A DNA stretch of 64,000 nt from the NCBI RefSeq assembly GCF_000150275.1, contig NW_002060958.1, forward strand, positions 38,966 to 102,965, written 5' to 3'. Each line of letters begins with the position of its first letter. Within the stretch, counting starts at the first letter, position 1. The notes under the pieces were generated by a model. That model made no database searches. It saw nothing but the letters and a program-made list of their open reading frames with translations, and was not told where the DNA came from. The stretch is from Trichoplax adhaerens (lineage: Eukaryota > Animalia > Placozoa). The translations under genes and the position numbers were made by a program. Shown piece by piece: positions 52,001 to 64,000 of the stretch.

Positions 52001-55000
52001 ACGGACTGCAGAATTTAGTCCTCCTTGAAGGTATTTACAGTGCCATAGTGCGCTCAGAAATATACAATAATTTAGCGTAATATTTAAATTAAAGACTTCT
52101 ATGCAGTTGTACTGATAGACATTATGATTTTTATGTAGAACTGGACCTTTCTTACAACGAATTAGAGAATGGTATGCCGATTAACTTAGTGTGAATGTTG
52201 CAATTTATTTACTGGAACTAAATTAACTTTCCCTGATTTTACTTTCAACAGTGCCAGATTCTATTCTTTCTATTAGTACTTTGCGACGATGCAACATCAG
52301 TTACAACGAATTGAAAGAGTTACCTGCATCCTTTGGTATGAGATTTATCCATACTACTGCTAATACATCTTACCTTAAAATTCAGCTTACCCACCCTATA
52401 ATTAAGGTGCGTATTTTTAACGACCTACCCAACAGGATCATGGACAAGCCTGGAAGTATTAAACTTGTCACGGAACAACTTAAAATCTTTGCCAGTATGT
52501 CAGAAATTTTTATTTTACTAATAACCTTATTGTCGTTAATTTTATAGTTGTGTAGCCTCAATAGTATGCCTATTGTACTCATTGACATAATTTTGTATAG
52601 AGTGGTATTGATGGTCTAGTAAAGCTCAAAAAATTGTTCCTAAATGGTATGTACAATTTTGATGTACAACGCTCACATTGAGTATCACATATGCCTATTT
52701 TGATTCTTAGACCTTAGTAAAATACAATTATTTTTATTCATGTGTTGGATAGGTAACGAGTTGACCTTTGACAACCTTCCGGATACATTTTCAAAGCTCA
52801 CTGAGCTGGTTAGGCGGATTTAAGATGTATCTCAGTATTGCTTTAAACCTGTAGATTTACAAACAATTAAATTTTATAGGAAGTTTTCGTGGCTAGTCAA
52901 AATAAATTGGAAGCTGTTCCAGTTTCACTGTTCAGGTCTGCTTATATTATATTCGGCAATGTTTATGCGTGTTGTTAACTATTGAAAATATGCAGGTGTA
53001 TCAAATTGAAGAAATTGGTCCTTAGTTTTAATTGCTTAGTGACATTATCGGAAGGAGTCTACTATTTACCTGATTTAGAGGTAACGTTGTTACGTACTCT
53101 ATGATTGTTTTCAATAACGTGAAATTTAATTGAACATATATATGGTGTTGCTAGAAAAATGATTGGATAGATCTGTCTTGTTTGACCAATTAAGTATCTT
53201 TCGTATTGTTCATATATATAGACTTTAGACGTTAAAGGTAATCCAGAGTTGAAAATGCCGCCAAAACCTAATACGACTAATCAGAAAAATACACTTTATA
53301 ATATCGATTTTTCGTTGGAACATCAGCTTGGACTGATTGGAGCTACTTCAAAATCTACTCAGAAATCAGGTAGCAAACACCTCTTCAACAAGTTGCTATC
53401 TCATTAATGATGTACTCACATTTAATTGTAAATCGTAATATTTATAAAATACTTTAGATTCATTTAAGGATCACAATGCAAGAAAGGTAAATATTTTCTT
53501 TTGCAAACCAAAAAGTGTTTGTTATTGAAGCTTATAACCTATTTGTACTATTGCTTAATAGATGAGAATACTAAACCGCCGTGCTGAACCTGACGAGGGC
53601 AGCAATAAAATTTTAAAGGTTAGGCTAAATGCAACTTTTTATTCTCTCTCTAAAATGACTAACTTCGTAATCTACTATTTGCAACTATACTGTTGATGTT
53701 ACTTTCTAGGCTCTTGCTGATATTCCAAAAGATAAGAAAGAGAATGTAACTTCTCCGGTATTGATTATTAACACACTATTTTTATTAGTAGCATATACAT
53801 TTATTTAAAATATCATAATATACAATACTTGCAGCAAGAAGACGATGAAGAGATCAAATTTATCAAGTAAGCAAGCGGAATATTATTAGGATACGAAATG
53901 GATACGTAAATTAGCTCAATTATATAACTATGCTAATACAATATTGACTTGGCGATACTTCAAGGCCTCGTAGCTGGATGGATCAACTGGCTAAACCTAC
54001 TGTTGATTATAGTGACATCTTTGCTGCAGACACAGGCCAGGAAGAAGGTTAGATTTCTAGCTGCTATACTTATAATAATGATGGATTATTAACGTTGAAA
54101 ACTAAGCGTTGTGAGCTTTGACATATTTACAGGCGTTACGGTTTGGCAGATAGAAAATTTCTTACCTGTTCCGGTCGAAGAAAGTAAGGAACTCGACTGC
54201 AAACATTAAGTTTGGTATCTTTTATGTCTGCTTGATATTCTGCTCACTGCGTAAAATGTTGATGTTAATTATAGTTTTACATGGAAAATTTTATGATGCT
54301 GATTGTTACATTGTTCTTAAGGTAGGGAAAATTTTTACGTATACCAAATAGATATGATTTACGTTAAAGTCCTACTTGTATCTTTAACTTAAACGATGTT
54401 TGATAATCATGTCAATATCTAGACTTTCTATAATGAGTACGACTCATTGGACTGGGAGATTTTCTTTTGGATTGGAAAATTTTCAACGGTAAAAATACCT
54501 TTCTTCTGTGTAGTTGTTCTATACGAAAGACACTTATCGCAAATGTATACTTTCACAACTATCGCTTACAGTTGGATAAAATGGCATGCTCAGCTATACA
54601 TGCAGTAAATCTGAGGAACTTACTTGGAGCTCAATGCCGGACTATTGTATGATTATCGAATGCCAATGAATTAATATTATATTGCAGGAAAAAGGTCTAA
54701 CAATAAAATTCGTTTCTATAATTTACTCGCAGAGGGAAGAAATGGAAGATGAGTCTGAAGACTTTTTGGATATTTTTGACAATGACATCGATTATATTGA
54801 AGGTAGAGTTTCTGGATCAATTGTAATTTTCGTTGATAATCAATTCTAACAATTGTACCATTATTAAACAGGCGGCACAGCGAGTGGATTTTTTACCATT
54901 GAGGATCTGGTACGTATATTTGAAGCAGATGCGAAGGCTTCATGTAATTAATTCAACTTATTGCAGGAAATCACGGTGAAATTATACAGATTCATTATAA

Positions 55001-58000
55001 CTTCATCGAAGATAATTCTCGAAAGGGTAAGAAAATGATAATTAGCTCACATTTTGGTGTGCATCTAGTTCCTTGCTAAATTTATCATCATTGATAAGGT
55101 GGACGTATCAACTTCCTCGTTGGATCCAAAGTATACTTTTCTTTTAGATTATGGAAGGCAGCTATTTATTTGGCATGGAGGAAAAGTAAGTCGTTGCTAA
55201 ATTTGAGTGTTTAAATCAAAAATTAATATGCACTGGTTAAATTTTATAGGCTCCTACCACTCACCTTTCTAAAGCAAGGTAGATTTTTACAAATCAATTT
55301 TAAGGATGTTTATTACTTGAAAATTGACTTGTTGGTGGGCATTTTTTACTTGATATAAACGTAATAGCCTCTTCGCTCTCAAGCTTAACAAAAGTGATAA
55401 AAAGGGGCGAGCTGAATTAATTGTATTAGAACAGGTATGAAGAGCTTTAATTGCTTTTTGAGTTTATGATCAAATCTGAGCACTAATATTATTGGCTTAG
55501 GGAGAGGAGACGGAAGAATTTTGGTCTATTATGGGCGGTGAACCAAATGATGAAATCGCAGTAAGCTTGTTGAAAATCTTATCTATGTAATTATGTATTG
55601 TGCTTGTATACTAAATGGTAGCCTGATATGATTTTAAACTTTTAATCCAAGTGTCATATAGGAAATCATCAATCTTCAAATCTAGTTTTATACAAGGTGG
55701 AGTTAGGTAAAGGTTATCTGGAATTACCCCAAGGTACGGTAATTTGTTATCCATTGAAATCTTTAAACAGGAATGAACTCATTGAATTTTATGCGTGGAT
55801 AAATAGTCTTTTATGTTTTGATGCAATAAGCTTTCATTATTCGTTATTAGTGAAACACAAAGGAAACATCAAACGCTCACTATTAAACACTAAAGACGTC
55901 TACATACTAGATTGCTATTCAGATGTTTTCGTGTGGTAAGAAAAGAGATTTAGTTCAGGATAGTTCACTCTCTACTGTATTTGATAACTGAGATATTCAA
56001 TTGAATTAATTTAGGATTGGTCGTGAGTCAAGTCGATTGATACGGGCTGCTGCCTTAAAATTAGTTCAGAGCTTACTGGATTTGTTAGGTAGACCAAATT
56101 TTGTGACGGTGAACCGAGTTTTGGAAGGGTAAAGAACATTTCTGCAAATAATGTTTTATCAAAGTACTTATTGCTTTATATTACTGTCGATAACTGTTCA
56201 TGTACTGTACACTATTGAAATTTTACTAGGGCCGAATCGTTAGTGTTCAAGAACAAATTTAGTGGATGGGATGACGTGCTCAATTCAGATTTTACAAAGT
56301 TAAAGCCTTCCCCCTCTATATCTAATCTAGATATTTCAAAACGAGTATGCTTAAGATTACAAAGTTAACTACAGTTATCTATTAGTTTATCTCATAACTT
56401 TTTTTGATAATGATTATTTGTTAGAAAATTAATAAAGAAATTATTGAACCTGAATCAAAGGAATCTTTAAAAGTAAGCCACTTTTTGTTGTAGTCGTATG
56501 AAATGCGTAGTGATTTAAGCTATGTTTCTTAACTTAACAGACGGACCTGTCCTGCTTGTTTAGTAACCGGCAAAAGCCCATGTCTAATGAGGATGCGGTA
56601 TGCTTCATTTCCAGTTAAAAGTTATCATATTTGAGGCTATAATTATATCTTTATAGGAGCAACTCATGGATGAATATAACGATGAGCTTGACTACATGCA
56701 GTGTTTCGTACTGGAAGGCAAAAAATTTGTTAAGTTGCCTGAATCTGAAATTGGTAATGTAGCCGATTCTAACTAGTTTAAGAGAATACAGGTCGTTGGT
56801 GCGAAAGAGTTATGACGTTCATTTTGCAATAGGTCATTTTTATGATGGCGACTGCTACGTATTTTTATGCCGCTATTGGGTTCCAAAGGATCTGGATGAA
56901 GAGGATGATCCGCAGAAAGAAACAAATGATGAAGATGCCTATGAATCTGTTTACGAAGTATATTTTTGGCAGGTTGGTCTACATTTGTATCCTAATCCTT
57001 TTTGCACACTCGAAATTAACAAAAAATAATCTATATCGTTCTCAGGGCCGTCTTACAACAAATATGGGTTGGTTAACATTTACCTTCAGGTACGTTCTGT
57101 AAATATTCCGTTTCCGTGTTTTGGCTTTTATGTAAGTGTACCTATTTCAATTATTGTAAAAGTTTGCAAAAGAAATTCGAAACTCTGCTCGGGAAATTGG
57201 AAATAACAAAAGTTAGCCAGGTAATGTGGTATGATTATTTGCGATTTACGGAATGTAAACTCAAGATTAAATTTCTGATTCTTACATTAATAGCAACAAG
57301 AGTCCTACCGGTTTTTATCTCATTTCAAGAAGAAGTTCATTATTCACCACGTAAGTCAGTTTTAGTATTCTTAGCAATGCGATGTATTAAAGTATATGTG
57401 AGTCATATTGTTGATGTGGTTATCTATCATAGGGCCAAAGATTAGTCAGACGACAGGCCATCACTGAGGAGCCTCGCCTTTATGAAGTTAGAGCAAATGG
57501 ATGCATATTGACTAGAAGAGTACTAGAGGTTCGTCCTAATATTACACTTTAGTAACAGGCTTGGAATTTTACCCACAAAATGTATTGTAAATGTTTAAAT
57601 TTATTTCATAAATATGCATGATATGATCTATATTTTAGCTACAACCAAAAGCAAGAAAACTAAATTCGGAATTTTGGTATTATATTTCTTGAAAGTAGCA
57701 TGCATATAAATGTTTTAAATCAAATTCTTAATACTTTGATGCTATTCTTTTGTTGGATCAGCTTTTTTGTTGTGGTTCCGTCATCAACAATTGCGAATGA
57801 AGAGGAAAATGTAGACGAAGAAGAAATGGAAGACCAATCTGAAGGCACTATCTACATTTGGATGGGAAGGTAATAAACACGGTTATCAATGGTATAATTG
57901 AATCCCTATATATTAGAGTAAAATAATTTTCATTCTAGATGGTAAATAATCCATGATTAGTTAAATATTGCGCTATTCGGTAGTAAATTTCCGGAAAAGG

Positions 58001-58842
58001 ATGCAGAAGGAATAGATGAGCTAGCCAGCTTTTTGGTCCATGAGAGAAATTATGAAACGCATCTAATCCACGAGGACAGTGAAGACGAAAAATTTTGGGA
58101 ACTACTAGGCGGAAAAGCGAAATATGATCAGGTAACTATTTTCTGGCTTTGAACAAGTAGAAACTAATTAATTAATTGATAATTTAGTGGCTGCCACAAT
58201 CTTTGATCCGCGAACACGTTCAATATTTGTACGATGCATTATAAATATACCTTAACTAATAAATCTAGGATGCAGATTTTCTTCGCTATTCTCGGCTATT
58301 TCGTTGCTCAAATGATCGAGGATTTTTTAAAATCTCGGAGAAATGCGTCGATTTTTGTCAGGTACGAGAAACTTTCATACATAATTTCGAAAGAAGATTA
58401 CTTTAAAAATGTGATATAATGATTGTGTTTAATTTCCGACGCTAAATCATTTATTTAGAATGATCTTGTTGACGACGATGCCTTTATACTTGATACTGGC
58501 CATGAGGTGGGATAAAATATGTTTATTACTAAATTATAACAGTTTCGATTGTAATCCACTACTTTTAATAATGCGTACAGGTGTTCGTTTGGGTTGGTAA
58601 TCAAGCTAGTGAGATTGAAATTAAGCTGTCTTTAAAAAGCGCTCAGGTACTATCTACAGTAAAAACTAATGATCGCACAGCCATATACTAACATCATAAT
58701 TTTAACGCTTCGTTAGCTTTATCTACAACATTTGAGGGATCGCAATGCAGTGCCCGCACGTAAACTTCTTCTAGCAAAGAAAGGTAAAGAACCGCATCGG
58801 TTTACACGATGTTTTCATGGGTGGCGAAAATTTGTTACTTAG
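49037..58842 (+). CDS. FLII: Protein flightless-1 homolog (N-terminal LRRs plus gelsolin repeats); many short exons
   Basis: Exon 1 reads [20 protein letters not shown] (the FLII start is [17 protein letters not shown]). LRR exons follow, then [107 protein letters not shown] and [21 protein letters not shown]. The C-terminus is [13 protein letters not shown] (TAG ends 58842). Confidence 0.96.
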
Positions 58843-60259
58843 TTTATTCGTATGTCTGTACTTGAAATTTTGGAAGGTCGACGGTTGTTCTAACAAATTA
58901 AAGCAATGTTATATGGTCGCGTTTTCTTTTCTAATTCTAAATTCTGCAACGTCTCTACCGCTGAATTTATACTTTGTGTATTATAATCATTGGTATCTAC
59001 TTGTACAGTAAATATTTTTAATACTCCATAATACCGCTAAAGCGATTTTGAGATTGACGGATATCGTTTACGAGCATATTATGCTGTTTTATTCTGTGTA
59101 ACCCATAATTAATGATTTTAAAGTGTAAGCTGTTTTGATATTGTATTACATTTGTATATTGCACTGTAGCTAACATCTACTTAAAAGAGTATTCCATATG
59201 AAAGCGTGTTTATACCGGTTTAAGAAGTCTTAATAATAAGTTTACTACTTGCTTAGCTGAAAATTATACGGCTAACTGTATTTTTATATTAAACACAGGT
59301 AGTTATATTTTAATCCAATTTAACACGGTGTATTCGGAAAATAGAAAGTGTACACATATAGCTATATCTTTAAGAGTGTATGTTATGGGAGTAAAGGATT
59401 GACTATTTAAATGATCTTAATATCGGTGCACAAGGTTAAATGTTTGGTGATTATAAGGCACAATAAAATACTAAAGGAATAAACACTTTGTACCACATTC
59501 ATTTATTAGGCCGGGATACTGTTACTTGCTTATCATTTCCAAATGTAATGGCAATAAATGAAAATCAATTTTCCTCTAAGTAGTCTTTCTTGAAAGTATA
59601 ATGTAGACTTTGCAAATTACTCAAGATTGAATATTACCATAGCCATCAAGCTAAAGAGACTTTCACATACTTAGTACAAGAGTATTTTGGGATTGCAAGG
59701 CAGCTAAAACTTTAAGAATTACAGGCTAATATAGGGAATCATGGAAGCTGTGAGGTGAATACGTAGAATGTAGATCTATACCATAGAAACATTGTCATGG
59801 ACAAATTGTTCAAAGGTTTATTTTCACTCTCACAGCTTATACTCACCTTGTGCAGATATTTAAATCTCATAATACGCTGAAACTAGACCCGAATGATCGC
59901 TTTAACCTCTACTTCCACCAATAGATATACAATTATTTACTTTAAAATTTCGCCATACGTAGATTAAGAATTTTCTCTGTTTCGCTGAAATTTTTTTATC
60001 TGGATTTTTTATTGCAGAAATTTGGAATTAACCATACACTATCAATCCCTATCACTCTATACTAATGCTGTATATATTCAATCGATTTTCCGCGACATTT
60101 TTACAGCTTATTGTGCAATGATCGATGTATTAACTTGCAGCTGTAATGTTAAACTAATATATTAAGCGAAAAATTTAGAGAGTTTAGATAGCGTTTGACT
60201 AACTTCAGTTATGTTCATACGAGTCCACTTGCCCATACCCTTACTATAGTAAGCAGTAA

Positions 60260-60580
60260 TAATTATAATGTTATCTCAACATCATTCCGTTATACTAGCT
60301 AGAATTATGACCTAACATTATAACTTCTCTAATTGTAATCATTTATCATTTTCATATTAAATTTACGAATTTTATGAAGCAAATTACCAACTAAAATCTA
60401 ACCTCTATTGTGATTATGTTATACATAATATATTAAACAGTAGCTATCATAATAGTATCTCAACATTCTTTCATTATACTAACTAATGTTATGGCTTCTC
60501 TGCCTGCAACCATTTATCTATTGGAATTTTTTTCTATTTTAAATTTACGAATTTCACATAGCAATTGCCAAATAAAAGCT
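60260..60580. repeat. Diverged tandem duplication (~185-bp period) upstream of the FOXRED2-like gene
   Basis: Ordered blocks TATCTCAACAT..TTATACTARCTA, CTTCTCT, CATTTATC, TTAAATTTACGAATTT and AGCAA.TT.CCAA.TAAAA.CTA occur twice (~60270-60400 and ~60455-60580). Confidence 0.6.
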
Positions 60581-60977
60581 AGTATGAATCCTAGTGTAAT
60601 AGTTGATAATCCTCTAAAATTAGATTATAATTTCATATGAAAAAACGACGTGGCACAAATACAAACTTAATTATTGTGTTTACCTAAGGATAATCTAAAT
60701 AATAAGTAAACTATTTAAACCTTAGTAAACACGCTTTTACAAATTTGAATAAAACAGCGGCTTATTGATAACTTAGGCATACAAAATCTCTGGCCTATTC
60801 AATAATTCATTAAATTGCGAATGATTCTATTATGAAAGTTACGCAATAATTCCTTCATCACAGAGCACAGCAATCTCGGCAGAATCATTCATAAAGCATA
60901 ATCGGATCCGTTTTGCAAATATTTCATCGTGACGTTAACTCATAAAGCTAAGTTTAGTAATCAGGTTGCATTCCTAA

Positions 60978-63873
60978 ATGTTAACCATGAAATTTGAAAT
61001 TTTCAAATTTCTGCCCTACCTAGCGGTATTACTTACCTTTAAAACTTGTGTTTCATCCTATGAAAGCCATCAATACTGCATTATTGGCGCCGGCCCTGGT
61101 GGTAAGTACAGCTTTATGTGCCAACAGAATTGCCTTATTTCACATTATCGGAAGACATATTAAATCTCTAGAAACTCTTTACATTATCGGCTACTACTTC
61201 TGTTAGTACATAAAAAAGTTGTATTAAGATAATTTCCCAACCTTATCATTAATTGAATTAAAAGAAAAAATTGTAGTAGTTTAACCACTCTAAAGTGAGA
61301 ATCGAAAACTTTACGAATCGCGAAATAGATTAATTCCAAAGTTACTGATATACATATGAGAACTACGAAATTTTTGTGCTTGTAAAACTATTTAGGGCTG
61401 CAGATGGCTTACTTTCTTGACTCTACGGGTAGAGATTATGTTGTTTTCGAACGCAATAGCAAAGCAGGTTAGATTAAAATTAGACATATACTCTTTCTGT
61501 AAATATAAACTAAATTGTATTTTAATTGCAATACAGAATTATACTAACCTAAAATCGATCTCTTTGTCCCTGCAAAATACCCAACTAGGCTCCACATTTA
61601 TAAACTTACCACGCCAACGCTATTTAATTTCAGCTAACAAGATATATACAGGCAAGTGGTTCTTGTGTGGTTTATTGCTAATTGAACAACTGTCTTCGTC
61701 GAGGGTATCATAAGTACTCATATTTTGACTCAGAAGTAAGCATTATAAGGCATGAATCAAATGATGGCAGTCGACTCTTTCGACATTATCTTATACGACC
61801 TCAGGATTTTAAGCACTTAATCATGAAGAATTGAACTGGAATTGACTTCTTATACTATTAGATTTTACATTAGTTGAAGGCATATCGACAAAGGCTGGCT
61901 CGTTTGTAATATTTTTTATACTCTATCTATTGCATTATTGTCACTGCTTTTAAAAGAGCATTAGAAATACTAAAACTAGAATTTAAATGACAAGTGAATA
62001 ACTAAGTAAAACTGCTCAAATTGCAATACGTCTTTTAATATATTAAAAGTCTGATTGAATTTTCAGGTGAAAAGAATGTTGAATTCAACTGGCGGCATGA
62101 TTGGAATTCGCTTTTAAGCCACGATGAATCTTTAGTGATGGGGCGTTATTCTGATGAGTACTTCCCACATGCAGATGATCTGGTGAGCTCAGTAGCAGAT
62201 ATTGCATAAATTCTATATACTTTCTGTCTCATTAAAGCTTACATTCACGTCTAAGTTGGAAGAAATGACAATAGATCTAAAAAATTTTAGGTTACCTACT
62301 TCAATGATTATGCAGACAAGCTAAAATTACGAATCAAGTACAACACTGAAGTAAGCAATATTTCGGAAATCAAGGAAGCTAATAGCACCCAAAATGTATT
62401 CGAAATGAATGATTCCGAAGGCAATTTATACCGTTGTAACGTGACTATTGTTAGGTAAATAAGAACACTTTCATCAATTACAATTTATTGTAGAGTATGA
62501 TCATTTCCCAGATTTTTACCTATCAGAGTAATACAGTATTTCTGTATGCAAATTTACATTATAGTACGGGAATTTCTTTGGCAAATATTCCAAAAGGCGC
62601 TATTGGAATCGATAATGCAGTTGTAAGTGATTAATCTTAATGCGGCCTTCTCTTGCAATGCTTCATTTTATCTAGTCTTAAAATTAGATCTAGAAGATTT
62701 ACAAACATTATTTTCCACCAACAAACTCTTAGATGTTCAAATGATCTGTTTTTAAGCATTATAGAATTATTAAAGTAGTTAAATATAATTTAAAATCTAT
62801 AGGGCTATGAATCCATGTCCATGAATTTAACCACTTATGAGGGTAAAGATGTTCTTATCCTCGGCCAAGGTAAATGAAGCAATGCAATATGATGCATAAT
62901 GTTACGGTTTAGAGGACTTCTAACCATGAAACTTTCGAATTTCTGATCATTCCTGAAGAAACGAACTATATCTCATTTACTATTTATTGCATCTCCAATT
63001 TTTTAATCTTCACCTTCTTAAAACAAATCTGAAACTCCTATTTCAGGGAATTCTGCATTAGAAATTGCGAAATTTATCTCTCCGGTTGCGAATAAGATTC
63101 ATTTGGTCGGCAGGTTGGTGAAGTTGAGATTATTAGTTGGAAAGCTGTATTATGCAACTTGTTTAAAGTTGAAAGAGATACAAGTATTACCTCACAGCAT
63201 TAGCTAATGATTTTGAATGTAAATCAAGTAAAAACACTTAAACTTTTGTTTAATTATACATCAGAAATGGACTCCGTCAATCATGGTCAACACATTATGT
63301 TGGAGATGTTAGGTAGAATTATGAAGATGATATGATAATTTTAAATCAAACTAGTAGAATATATGTAACTAGTACTTATTAATCTATAGCTATCGCATCT
63401 CTATAAAGGCTAATTACATAGTTTCTGAGAAAATAGTATACTACTTATTATTCGTTTATGGTAATTGTTATTAAACGATAAAAAACTAACATATTGAAGT
63501 TTAGATGTCCCATTAATTGTATAAGTTTGATGAAAGAAATCAATAGATGAAACTTGAGCTGGATTTTTCAAAATTTCTTAACGAAAATTATTTTGAAATC
63601 TTGTGTGAATAGAGGAATTAACAGAGATTTTCTGGATGGCATGCAACTTCGATTTATGGATAGTATAGCCTGTAAGTGAACTTGATACTATCGAATAGTA
63701 TAAATATTTATAAAGGGTAAGTTATTGATCATAGATTTTCGAAAAATTTTATACCTTCTATTTACTATTCGGCTCAGATATCGAAGCTCAAAATATTGTT
63801 TTTAAGAAAACTTTGAAGAATAAAATTGGTCTAAAATTACGGGATCCTTTTTCAAAGAGAGTCATAGGCAAAG
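60978..63873 (+). CDS. FOXRED2: FAD-dependent oxidoreductase domain-containing protein 2-like (secretory-pathway flavoprotein); continues beyond the window
   Basis: A signal peptide is followed by YCIIGAGPG/GLQMAYFL..GRDYVVFER, PRQRYLISANKIYTG, EFNWRHDWNSLLSHD, YSDEYFPHADDL, GYESMS, GKDVLILGQGNSALE and SWSTHYVGDVR. These match remembered FOXRED2 motifs (GAGPAGLQMAYFL, EFNLRHDWNSLLSHD, SWATHYVGDLR). The last visible exon is 63778-63873. Confidence 0.92.
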
Positions 63874-64000
63874 GTATGTTATTAATTATGACTATTATGA
63901 CGAAATAGTACTTTAATTCGCACTTAATTGTCGCTCATTCTAATAAGTAGTTTTTTGATACGACAATGGTAGAATAAGTTTGAGCTTAAAAGTTGCGGCT

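Overview
AT-rich eukaryotic (animal) genomic DNA with many short GT-AG introns. The compact gene structure suggests a basal metazoan such as a placozoan (Trichoplax-like); this is an inference, not something the sequence proves. The ORF track fragments the genes, so I spliced exons by eye. There are eight protein-coding genes: (1) 5'-truncated BAIAP3/Munc13-4-like MUN-C2 gene (+, to 8807); (2) HEATR4-like HEAT-repeat gene (-, 11270-19458), divergent from (3) MRPS34 (+, 20615-21740); (4) a two-exon gene joining an unrecognised 388-aa domain to a C-terminal Death domain (-, 23878-26276); (5) Integrator subunit INTS1 (+, 30244-41153); (6) a 231-aa secreted preproprotein with an acidic pro-region and a cationic 4-Cys domain (-, 42087-43676); (7) Flightless-I FLII (+, 49037-58842); (8) 3'-truncated FOXRED2-like flavoprotein (+, from 60978). 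Non-coding highlights are a near-perfect 66-bp palindrome, a cluster of inverted repeats, an approximately 0.5-kb tandem array just upstream of INTS1, and motifs (TACWGTA arrays, CTAGWRRTCCATG) shared by three promoter regions. The best candidates for undescribed biology are the orphan-domain/Death-domain fusion and the secreted cationic precursor. All homology calls rest on remembered family motifs, not database searches. I saw no rRNA, tRNA, CRISPR array or transposase.
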